DNA of 64,000 bases from a bacterium (GTDB taxonomy: Bacteria > Bacteroidota > Ignavibacteria > Palsa-1295): positions 9,208 to 73,207 of the forward strand of contig JBAWZA010000013.1 in assembly GCA_037143335.1 (NCBI GenBank). The letters run 5' to 3'. Within the stretch, counting starts at the first letter, position 1. The number at the start of each line of letters is the position of its first letter. The notes beneath the pieces were generated by a model. It ran no database searches. It saw only the letters and a list, made by a program, of their open reading frames with translations, and had not been told where the DNA came from. Made by a program: the position numbers and the translations under genes. Shown here one piece after another: positions 18,320 to 26,361 of this stretch.

Positions 18320-19681
18320 TTAGCTTCTCACCACAAGTGGCACATGAATTTCGACTGGCTCTAATCCTCCTGCTCGGAGGGAGTGGACTTGGTTCTTACT
18401 TTGGCGATTGGTATTGTTGGCGTCGGATACCTTCGCAGCAAATTCTTCGGGGAATCGCTGAACCATAAACTTCACTGGCCATGCTGCTGCTTCGCCGAGG
18501 GCACAGATTGTTCTGCCTTCGATATTCTTCGCAACATCTTCGAGAAGTTCGACATCCGAACCTGATCCTTCGCCGGCATTGATTCGCTTCAAGATTTTCA
18601 ACAACCATCCTGTCCCTTCACGGCATGGAGTGCATTGACCGCATGACTCATGCCAATAGAATTTCGAAATCCGTTGAAGAACCTTCACGATATCGGTATC
18701 TTCATCCATAACCATAATACCACCTGTGCCTATCGAAGAACCAACAGCCTTCAAGCTTTCTGCATCCATCTTGACGCCCTCTAAAGCATCGCCTCGGAGT
18801 GGTGGCATAGATGAACCACCAGGAATAACTAATTTAATCTTCTTATCCCCAGGGACACCCTGAGCATACTTATAAATCATATCCGTCAGCAAAGTGCCGG
18901 ATGGCACCTCATAGACTCCAGGACGATTGACATGACCGCTGACTCCTAAGAGTAATGTACCGGGATGCTTCGCTTCACCGATCTTAGCAAATTCTTCGGC
19001 TCCAATCTTGAGTATCGCAGGGATATTGGCTATCGTCTCGACATTATTAATCGTTGTAGGAAAACCCCATAATCCATAGTTAGCAGGAAAGGGGGGCTTT
19101 ACTCTCGGATAGCCTCGTTCACCTTCCAACGAATTCATTAATGCAGATTCCTCGCCAACGATATATGCTCCGGCTCCTTTATGAACCGTAATATCTACTG
19201 AGTAGGCAACACCATCTCCACTTGGCTTAAATGTCTCCTTCATCCTATCGCCGATGAATCCTTTGGCATAAGCATCGGCTACAGCCTTCTCCACCATCTT
19301 GACCCATGCAGCATATTCACCACGAATATAGACGTAGGCATGATTTACTTGCATCGCATAAGCGGCGAGCAACATACCTTCAATCATTTGATGCGGATTG
19401 AATTCAAATATTTGGCGATCCTTGAATGAACCGGGTTCTGATTCATCACCATTGATAAGGAGAAATTTCTTCCTATCATTTCCTTTTGGCATGAAGGTCC
19501 ACTTCAACCCCGTAGGAAATGCCGCACCACCTCTGCCACGAAGACCAGATCGTTTTACTTCATCGGTTACAGCTTCAGGCTTCATCGAAAAAGCCTTGCG
19601 CATCACATCGCCGTAGCCACCATTCTTGATATAGACATCTATATCAAGAAGATTCGGAATATCAGGTAATATCAGTTTCAA
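18320..19681 (-). CDS. nuoF: NADH-quinone oxidoreductase subunit F (51-kDa flavoprotein homologue)
   Basis: GRGGAAFPTGLKW (NADH/FMN site) and ESCGQCTPCREG (N3 4Fe-4S). Confidence 0.9.
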   Translation of the reverse strand: MKLILPDIPNLLDIDVYIKNGGYGDVMRKAFSMKPEAVTDEVKRSGLRGRGGAAFPTGLKWTFMPKGNDRKKFLLINGDESEPGSFKDRQIFEFNPHQMIEGMLLAAYAMQVNHAYVYIRGEYAAWVKMVEKAVADAYAKGFIGDRMKETFKPSGDGVAYSVDITVHKGAGAYIVGEESALMNSLEGERGYPRVKPPFPANYGLWGFPTTINNVETIANIPAILKIGAEEFAKIGEAKHPGTLLLGVSGHVNRPGVYEVPSGTLLTDMIYKYAQGVPGDKKIKLVIPGGSSMPPLRGDALEGVKMDAESLKAVGSSIGTGGIMVMDEDTDIVKVLQRISKFYWHESCGQCTPCREGTGWLLKILKRINAGEGSGSDVELLEDVAKNIEGRTICALGEAAAWPVKFMVQRFPEEFAAKVSDANNTNRQSKNQVHSLRAGGLEPVEIHVPLVVRS

Positions 19682-19699
19682 AATTTTTATGCTCCGTAT

Positions 19700-20221
19700 T
19701 TAGATGGTTCGCTCAGGCATCTGAGGAAATTTCTTTGGTTCGGGGACAACGCTTGTTGTCTTGATGCTATGAATTATATCTCGTGCTTCTTGAGAATTGA
19801 TCTTCTCGAAGAATGTATCGCCAACTGCCATCATCGGTGCTCCACCGCAGGCTCCCATACATTCAACTTCTTCTAAAGAGAACATCCCATCGCTCGTTCG
19901 CTCCAAATGTCCACAACCAAGCTCGGACTTCATATCCGCAAAGATTTTCTCTCCACCACGTAGCATACAGCTGACATTTGTGCAGACCTGCACATGGTGC
20001 TTGCCCATGGGCTTCTCGAAGAACATGGTGTAGAAGCTCACGACACCGAGGACATGACTGTTGGGGACTTCACAAATCCGTGCAGCCTCCTTCATAGCCG
20101 CTGTATCAATCCACCCTTGCTTCTCCTGCATTTTCCAGAGAAGTGGAAGGAGAATAGCCTGTGGTTTCTCGTACCGCTTCTTCAGCGCCTCGATCTCTTG
20201 TAATTCTTGTTCGTTAAACAT
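19700..20221 (-). CDS. nuoE: NADH-quinone oxidoreductase subunit E (24-kDa 2Fe-2S thioredoxin-like)
   Basis: CTNVSCMLRG ... CMGACGGAPMM Cys pattern. It lies directly upstream of nuoF. Confidence 0.9.
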   Translation of the reverse strand: MFNEQELQEIEALKKRYEKPQAILLPLLWKMQEKQGWIDTAAMKEAARICEVPNSHVLGVVSFYTMFFEKPMGKHHVQVCTNVSCMLRGGEKIFADMKSELGCGHLERTSDGMFSLEEVECMGACGGAPMMAVGDTFFEKINSQEARDIIHSIKTTSVVPEPKKFPQMPERTI

Positions 20222-20446
20222 AGCTTTATGCTACAAAAATACGAAGAGCTGGGGTTCGAATATGGATTTTGAGGTTTTCAAAATGATTTCTTGTTTGCTC
20301 ATTCGATACTTATTCCGCTCTTATATGCCTCTCTGCGATGTGGCCGTTCCGGCAGATTCTTAACCCTGGCATAAGCTCGGGGTATGATCGGGATTGCAAG
20401 GCATCATTTCCATGTTCGTTTGGGACGAATAATCTATCACCGGATT

Positions 20447-23308
20447 ATGGCAGAAAATAAACCCCACGATTCCCATGACAAGGCGCCTGAAGTGCGTCTC
20501 TTTATTCCTTCGACTTTTATTGACCTCCAGCCCGAGCGCGAGCAACTCATCAAAAAAATATTTCCGCAAATCCGTGCGCTTTGTCGTGAGCGAGGTTTAG
20601 ATTTTACTGAGATTGATCTGCGCTGGGGTATCACCGACGAAGAAGCACGAACAGGAAAAATCATTCGCATTTGTTTGGAAGAAATTGATCGGTGTCGTCC
20701 GTATTTTTTGGGCATTATCGGCAGTCGGTACGGTTGGATTCCCAGCACCGATGTCGCTGAACATGACCCCAAACTATTTGAAGAATATCCGTGGCTTCGC
20801 CCGCATATTGAATCAGGGAAGAGCATAACGGATATCGAGTTCTCTTACGGTGCAATTCTCAAGAAAAATATTCATTCAGCGGTTATCTATGAGCAAGTTG
20901 TAACGCGGAGTGATTCTGATTCAGGAGCGATAGATCATCTTCGTTCGCGAATAGAGGATGCGGGAGTTCCGCAAAAGATATTCCGCAATCCGCAAGAGCT
21001 TGGCGAGCACGTGCTCGCTGATCTGTGGGCAATGATCGAACGCGATTGGCCGGCAAAAAGAGAACCAACAGAAGCTGAGCGCGAGCGAAGTCCGCACGAA
21101 GCATTCGCCCGTAATCGCACGCATTCATACATCGCCAATCCTGAATATGAAGAACGCTTCAGCGAATTTGTAAACTCAGCAGATGCTCCGCTGGTGCTCT
21201 GGGGAAAATCGGGCTTCGGAAAAAGTGCGCTCATGGCGCATCTGAGTTCGCACTATCACACGCATCATCACGACGCATTTATCATACGCCACTTTGTCGG
21301 CGCTTCTTCAGGAGCTAGCAGTATGGATGATGTGATGCGTCATATCATGCTTGAGATTAAGGAGCGATACAGCATTGAGGATGAGTTGCCGAAGAGTGAT
21401 TTGCAAAGTGAATTTCCGCAATGGCTTGCGAAAATACCGGAAGGCGAAAAACTGATTCTCATGATTGATGCCGTCAATCAGCTCTCAGGAATTGGCAATG
21501 AGATGCATTGGCTGCCAGAATTTATTCCGTCGAATGTGCGACTCATTATTTCCACAACGCCGGAATTGCCACTCGAACAATTACGAAAACGAAATTGGCA
21601 TTTTCTTGAAATTCAACCGCTTAGCCCGACCCAGCGCAAGCGTATCACCCATGAATATCTCGCGCATTATCACAAACACCTGAGCGATGAGCAACTCGAA
21701 ATTATAGGTCACGAAGAAAAACTTGATAGCCCGCTCTTCTTGCGCACATTACTCGAAGAGCTTCGCATCTTTGGTTATCATGTTGAGCTTGGCGATCACT
21801 TAGCGGACTACCTTCGCTCAGCCGACGAGGCAGAATTATTCCAGAAAGTTCTGGCGCGAATGGAGCGAGACTATGGCACAGATACGGTGCAAACGATCAT
21901 GACCGCGATATGGGCTTCTCGGTTTGGGCTCTCGGAAACAGAGTTGCTTGGCATCACGCAAATCTCGCGCTTTGCGTTGTCGGAGTTTTTAATAGCGCTC
22001 GAATTCCACTTGATGCGACGCGCTGGACAATTTACGTTTTTTCATAATTATTTGCGCGAAGCGGTCGAGCGGAGATATGTATCGGATGATATACAGAAAA
22101 AATCACTTCACCAAAAGCTGGCGAATTATTTTGCAAACGAAGACTATTCCGAACGACGGCTCATCGAGGAGCCATATCAGTGGGAGTCCGCTCAAGATTG
22201 GGAAAGATACAAATCCTGCCTCTGCGACATCGAGTTCATCACGCCACTTATTCATGATGATAGGCGGCATGAATTACTTGCTTTATGGAAGGTCTATCGT
22301 GAGCACTTTGATCTGAGCCAAACGTATCACGATGCAATCACCGAGTATGAAAAAACATGTACCGATGAAAAAAAACTTGCGAATTTGTATTGCTTGCTTG
22401 GTAGCGCATTAGTATCTGCGTCGCTGTACGACGAAGCAGGGAAGATGCTCGAGACGTCATTGCAGATGGCAACGAAGGTCTTCGATGCCGATGACCTATT
22501 TATCGCCGAAGTCTCCGATCAACTTGCTACGTGTTATTACTATCGCGGAAAGTACGCAGAAGCGGAGGAGTATTACCGCAAAGCAATTTCCATCCGCACC
22601 AAAATCCTCGGCGAAAACGATCCCCTCACCGCAAAGAGCCTGAATAATCTTGGCATCATCTTCTACAGCCTCGGAAAATACTCAGAGTCAGGGCAAGCGT
22701 ACGAAAAAGCGATTGCTTCATACCGAAATCATTATGGAGGGAAAGATCATGCAGAGATTGCAAGTATCCTGAATAATCTCGGGACGGTTTTTTATGTAGA
22801 AAAAAAATATGAAGATGCGATTGATGCTTATGAAAAATCGATTGAAATGTATGAGCGGCTATACGGAAAAAATTACCCCGGTAGGTTAAGCCCTATCGGG
22901 AATATCGCCTTGTCATATCAATCTAAAAAAGAATACACTAACGCAGAAAAAAAATATACTGAGGCGATTGTCTTGAGCCAATCCATTTACGGTGATAAAC
23001 ATCGTGACATTGCAGTGCGATTTTCAAATCTTGCTGTCTTGCACTCGAGGTTTATGGGGAAACATGATGAAGCTCTCACTGCATACAAGGAAGCAATTAC
23101 AATTTTCGAATCACTTCTTGAAGAAAATCACATTGATACAGTCAGTACGTATATAAATTTTGCACTAGCCCAAATACGGGCGGGGAATTGGGAAACGGGA
23201 GAATCTATATACAAAACCTATGAACCTCTGGAAAAATCAATTCTTGGTGAGAGTCATAGTAGAGTAATCACACATCGCGACACTTTTAACGAACTACAAA
23301 AAAAATAA
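20447..23308 (+). CDS. STAND NTPase: DUF4062-like N-terminal domain, NACHT-type P-loop, kinesin-light-chain-type TPR repeats
   Basis: The ATG at 20447 is the first ATG, in frame with the track ORF. The N-terminus is VRLFIPSTFIDLQPEREQL...DLRWGIT...GIIGSRYGWIP. Walker A is GKSGFGKS and Walker B is LILMIDAVNQ. At least 7 TPR units of about 42 aa follow (e.g. AKSLNNLGIIFYSLGKYSESGQAYEKAI). Confidence 0.8.
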   Translation: MAENKPHDSHDKAPEVRLFIPSTFIDLQPEREQLIKKIFPQIRALCRERGLDFTEIDLRWGITDEEARTGKIIRICLEEIDRCRPYFLGIIGSRYGWIPSTDVAEHDPKLFEEYPWLRPHIESGKSITDIEFSYGAILKKNIHSAVIYEQVVTRSDSDSGAIDHLRSRIEDAGVPQKIFRNPQELGEHVLADLWAMIERDWPAKREPTEAERERSPHEAFARNRTHSYIANPEYEERFSEFVNSADAPLVLWGKSGFGKSALMAHLSSHYHTHHHDAFIIRHFVGASSGASSMDDVMRHIMLEIKERYSIEDELPKSDLQSEFPQWLAKIPEGEKLILMIDAVNQLSGIGNEMHWLPEFIPSNVRLIISTTPELPLEQLRKRNWHFLEIQPLSPTQRKRITHEYLAHYHKHLSDEQLEIIGHEEKLDSPLFLRTLLEELRIFGYHVELGDHLADYLRSADEAELFQKVLARMERDYGTDTVQTIMTAIWASRFGLSETELLGITQISRFALSEFLIALEFHLMRRAGQFTFFHNYLREAVERRYVSDDIQKKSLHQKLANYFANEDYSERRLIEEPYQWESAQDWERYKSCLCDIEFITPLIHDDRRHELLALWKVYREHFDLSQTYHDAITEYEKTCTDEKKLANLYCLLGSALVSASLYDEAGKMLETSLQMATKVFDADDLFIAEVSDQLATCYYYRGKYAEAEEYYRKAISIRTKILGENDPLTAKSLNNLGIIFYSLGKYSESGQAYEKAIASYRNHYGGKDHAEIASILNNLGTVFYVEKKYEDAIDAYEKSIEMYERLYGKNYPGRLSPIGNIALSYQSKKEYTNAEKKYTEAIVLSQSIYGDKHRDIAVRFSNLAVLHSRFMGKHDEALTAYKEAITIFESLLEENHIDTVSTYINFALAQIRAGNWETGESIYKTYEPLEKSILGESHSRVITHRDTFNELQKK

Positions 23309-23310
23309 AA

Positions 23311-23333
23311 GCCCCCCCTCATCGAGGGAGGGC
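23311..23333. terminator. hairpin between convergent genes, likely terminator for the minus-strand gene
   Basis: A G/C stem gcccc.ccctc / gaggg.agggc with one mismatch. On the minus strand it is followed by ttttatttttttt. Confidence 0.45.
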
Positions 23334-23352
23334 CTGCACATGTTACAGTATA

Positions 23353-24093
23353 TTATCTGCCCATATTCATTATATCCATACTCACAATCCCTGCCGAACT
23401 TCCATCAGTCGTAAGCGCGGAGAATGTGCCGTTCTGCATACTCGAAGCTGCACAGCTATACATATTTCCGTCTGAACCGATGGCGTAGAATGTTCCGCCG
23501 TTCTGAAGGATATCAATAGGATTTACCCCTGAAGGCAGCTGAGCATTGACGGCAAGAGTTGATCCAGAGTATTGCACTTGCCAAATGGCATTGTTGATGA
23601 TGACGTAAAGTACACCACTGCTATCAAATGCCATTCCTGCGACACCGCTGATGCCATTATAAATCGCGGACTTTGTCTGTGCCTAGTTACTGCCACTCAC
23701 CGGAGCGCGAAACGCACCACCGCCATAAAATCCATACCATAAACGTCCGTTGTTGCCATACCAACCGTTGGCAAGCAATACGGTTGACCCACTCGGAGGG
23801 GAAGAAATTCCGAGATTTGAATACACCGAGCTGGGGACCGTTCGGATCTTGAAAATATTTCCGCTATTATTATACCACGTCCAAGAGCCAGAGTAACTCG
23901 TGATGGTGCCGAGTAATCCAGTGCTCTTATCCGTGCCGAGCAGTGATCCGCCACCGCTTGCAATGACAACCGAGTTAAGGTTGGTTGCTGCATTAGTTTG
24001 CACGTTCCACGTGTTGCCGTTTGCAAATGAACCTGAAGAGTATGCGCAGAGTTGACCGCCACTGTTAACGCCGATAATTCCTGTGAATGACAT
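23353..24093 (-). pseudogene. repeat-rich, Gly/Ser/Asn-rich lectin-like (tectonin/tachylectin-like?) protein gene interrupted by a single in-frame TAG
   Basis: ORFs 23683-24093 and 23353-23634 are in the same frame. The 16 codons after the TAG (23683-23685) read AQTKSAIYNGISGVAGM and continue the same repeat style. The combined length is about 245 aa with no signal peptide. Confidence 0.5.
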
Positions 24094-24309
24094 AGTTGTA
24101 TGTGATTAAATGGTGATGAAATTCGCTTCGGGAAATTGAAGCGAAAAAATAAATAGTAGGGGTTTCGTTGTTACGAGGGACACAGCTTTCGTAGCTTGCG
24201 GTGGTGATTGTTTTATCTGAATAAAATGTCACGTTCCTCATCCTTCCAAAACATCCTAAAACAAATATACGTAAATTTTGAGATGCCGATTGAAGAATCT
24301 AAAAATGTT

Positions 24310-24343
24310 GAAAGCCCGACGAAATTACTTCCGGCGGGCTTTC
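24310..24343 (-). terminator. possible terminator-like hairpin in the nusG-distal spacer
   Basis: A 9-bp stem gaaagcccg / cgggctttc. On the minus strand it is followed by aacattttt. The loop is long and the T tract is offset. Confidence 0.3.
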
Positions 24344-24470
24344 AGGAGGTCACTATGAAACACACAGAACGTGAGACTGAAGTGTTGGTGAGACACTAAC
24401 TAATCTATATGCAAATGACGTGCCAAAGTTTTCTGCTGGAAAAAAGGTGGTTCATAAACTCTACGCTCCA

Positions 24471-24549
24471 GTCATTTCAAACGAATGTGAGAAATCGTTA
24501 TTCCAGAAAAAATTGAGGCATAACGATTTCTCCCGTTGGTCGAAATGAC
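24471..24549. repeat. nested imperfect palindrome (8-bp outer plus 13-bp perfect inner stem)
   Basis: Inner stem gagaaatcgttat (24489-24501) / ataacgatttctc (24520-24532) with an 18-nt loop. Outer stem gtcatttc (24471-24478) / gaaatgac (24542-24549). Confidence 0.7.
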
Positions 24550-24598
24550 CAAGGGGGTATTTTGATTAAAGAGATTGGGAATGGGGAGGCTCTACGAC

Positions 24599-25150
24599 TT
24601 ATTCAGGCTCGACTTGACCGTAATCAAGTTCAACCGGGGTTTTTCTGCCAAAAATCGAGACCTCAACTTTGAGCTTTTGCTTGTCGTCGTTGATTTCTTT
24701 GATCTGTGCTTGGAATCCATTGAACGGTCCGTCAATAACCTTCACAGGCTGTCCGAGGAAGTAGCGAACTTCTGGCGATTCGGTATCTTTCTTCTCTTCG
24801 ACCTTTCCCAAGATACGGCGCATCTCATCAGCTTGAAGCGCAGTTGGGCGATCTTTGGATGGACCTACAAAGCTCACGACACTTGGAATCGAAAGGATAA
24901 TATCCACGATCTTCTTATCAATCGAAGCTTCGAGCAAGATATATCCAGGAAGGAAACTCTTGGATTTTACTTTTTTCTTGCCGTCGCGAACTTCAAAAAC
25001 TTTTTCGTTAGGGATCACGACTTCCAATACGCGGTCAGCTAGCCCACGACGATTCATCTCATCTAAGATGTATGCCTTAACCTTGTTCTCATGTCCGGTA
25101 AAGCACCTAAGTGCATACCATTTCATTGTGGTGGCTTGTACTTCGCTCAT
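24599..25150 (-). CDS. nusG: transcription termination/antitermination factor NusG
   Basis: [22 protein letters not shown] start, a KOW motif near the C-terminus, and a position after secE. Confidence 0.9.
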   Translation of the reverse strand: MSEVQATTMKWYALRCFTGHENKVKAYILDEMNRRGLADRVLEVVIPNEKVFEVRDGKKKVKSKSFLPGYILLEASIDKKIVDIILSIPSVVSFVGPSKDRPTALQADEMRRILGKVEEKKDTESPEVRYFLGQPVKVIDGPFNGFQAQIKEINDDKQKLKVEVSIFGRKTPVELDYGQVEPE

Positions 25151-25167
25151 GGGTTTACGTGGGTATC

Positions 25168-25404
25168 TTAGATTGAATAGACAAGGCGAAGGACGACTTC
25201 AAAAATCTTATCCACGCCAAAGACAAATACGGAAAAGATAGCACATAAAGCGAGCGTGACAATGGTCGCATCAATGAGCGATTCTCTCGAAGGCCAGGTG
25301 ACCTTCTTCATTTCTTTGTTGACATCCGCAAAAAATCCGACGACTCTATCCTTCACGCTTTTGCGCTCCGGAGCTGCCTGTGTGGTTACGAGTGTATCTG
25401 CCAT
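25168..25404 (-). CDS. secE: preprotein translocase subunit SecE
   Basis: The internal ATG at 25404 gives a 78-aa protein with [18 protein letters not shown] and one C-terminal TM helix. The longer track ORF would run into tRNA-Trp. Confidence 0.8.
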   Translation of the reverse strand: MADTLVTTQAAPERKSVKDRVVGFFADVNKEMKKVTWPSRESLIDATIVTLALCAIFSVFVFGVDKIFEVVLRLVYSI

Positions 25405-25503
25405 AATTCTCTTTTTTTGAGCGTAATGCTCTCTCTGGTCAACGGTAAAATTCGATTTTTGTAAACTCGCCCTTTCCAGAGCGATAATTACTTTTTTTAT
25501 TTG

Positions 25504-25576
25504 CACGTCAGGAGGGAATCGAACCCCCAACCAACGGTTTTGGAGACCGCTACTCTACCAATTGAGCTACTGACGT
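25504..25576 (-). tRNA. tRNA-Trp (CCA)
   Basis: The cloverleaf was folded by hand: acceptor ACGTCAG/CTGACGT, anticodon loop CTCCAAA, T-loop TTCGATT. Confidence 0.9.
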
Positions 25577-25656
25577 AAGTCTTCTCCCCCGTAGCCGCAG
25601 GCTTCTCGCTTGCGAGTCTCCTTCACGCAGGCTACGAATACGGTAACGAGTAAAAT

Positions 25657-25806
25657 TTATTTCGTTTCTTTGTGGATCGTACGCTTCTTATCGCGTGGGC
25701 AGAATTTGGTATATTCTACACGACCAGATTGCTTGCGCTTATTTTTCGTTGTCGAATAATTGCGCTCTTTGCATTCGGTGCACTCTAACGTTATAATGTC
25801 TCTCAT
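25657..25806 (-). CDS. rpmG: 50S ribosomal protein L33 (49 aa, below the ORF-track cutoff)
   Basis: Hand translation gives [49 protein letters not shown]. This is the classic L33 pattern, in the position upstream of secE. Confidence 0.85.
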   Translation of the reverse strand: MRDIITLECTECKERNYSTTKNKRKQSGRVEYTKFCPRDKKRTIHKETK

Positions 25807-25880
25807 ATTCGTCTATAAATAAAATCGTTTGTTTCACACATCGCTTCGGCCACCGGTCGTTGCAACGAAAATCACTGTAG

Positions 25881-25953
25881 AGCGGGAGACGGGACTCGAA
25901 CCCGCGACCAACAGCTTGGAAGGCTGTGACTCTACCAACTGAGTTACTCCCGC
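25881..25953 (-). tRNA. tRNA-Gly (UCC)
   Basis: Acceptor GCGGGAG/CTCCCGC, anticodon loop CTTCCAA, T-loop TTCGAGT. Confidence 0.9.
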
Positions 25954-25979
25954 ACAAAAAACTTTTCTCACGCACTCCG

Positions 25980-26052
25980 AGCTCACGATCGGGATTGAAC
26001 CGACGACCTCGTCCTTACCAAGGACGTGCTCTACCAACTGAGCTACGTGAGC
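25980..26052 (-). tRNA. tRNA-Thr (GGU)
   Basis: Acceptor GCTCACG/CGTGAGC, anticodon loop TTGGTAA, T-loop TTCAATC. Confidence 0.9.
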
Positions 26053-26122
26053 ATTCGAAAATTGAGGATGGAGAATGAATTCTATTTTGCAATGTTCAAC
26101 TCTCCATTTTCAATATCTCAAG

Positions 26123-26204
26123 TGGGCAGGGAAGGATTCGAACCTTCGTAGACTTCGTCAGCAGATTTACAGTCTGCCCTCGTTGACCGCTTGAGTACCT
26201 ACCC
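26123..26204 (-). tRNA. tRNA-Tyr (GUA), long variable arm
   Basis: Acceptor GGGTAGG/CCTGCCC, anticodon loop CTGTAAA, 13-nt variable arm. Confidence 0.9.
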
Positions 26205-26288
26205 TATAGTAATTGGCTCAATAATAACGAATTCGCCATGCAAGACCACCATGGTGGTCCTGCGACAGCGTTTTCGCAATTAATATGG

Positions 26289-26361
26289 AGCCGGCAGACG
26301 GACTCGAACCGACGACCTGCTGATTACAAATCAGCTGCTCTACCAACTGAGCTATGCCGGC
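26289..26361 (-). tRNA. tRNA-Thr (UGU), CCA encoded at 26286-26288
   Basis: Acceptor GCCGGCA/TGCCGGC, anticodon loop TTTGTAA. There is one U-U mismatch in the T stem. Confidence 0.85.

Noticed and set aside
23683-23685. Stop-codon reassignment (TAG as sense) as the explanation for the in-frame TAG.
   Set aside because: TAG terminates other ORFs at positions that match complete domains, for example 53371-53373 after a full T9SS CTD. A global recoding is therefore unlikely.
25405-25530. The N-terminal extension of the secE ORF (the 120-aa version).
   Set aside because: The extension overlaps tRNA-Trp (25504-25576). The internal ATG gives a canonical-length SecE.
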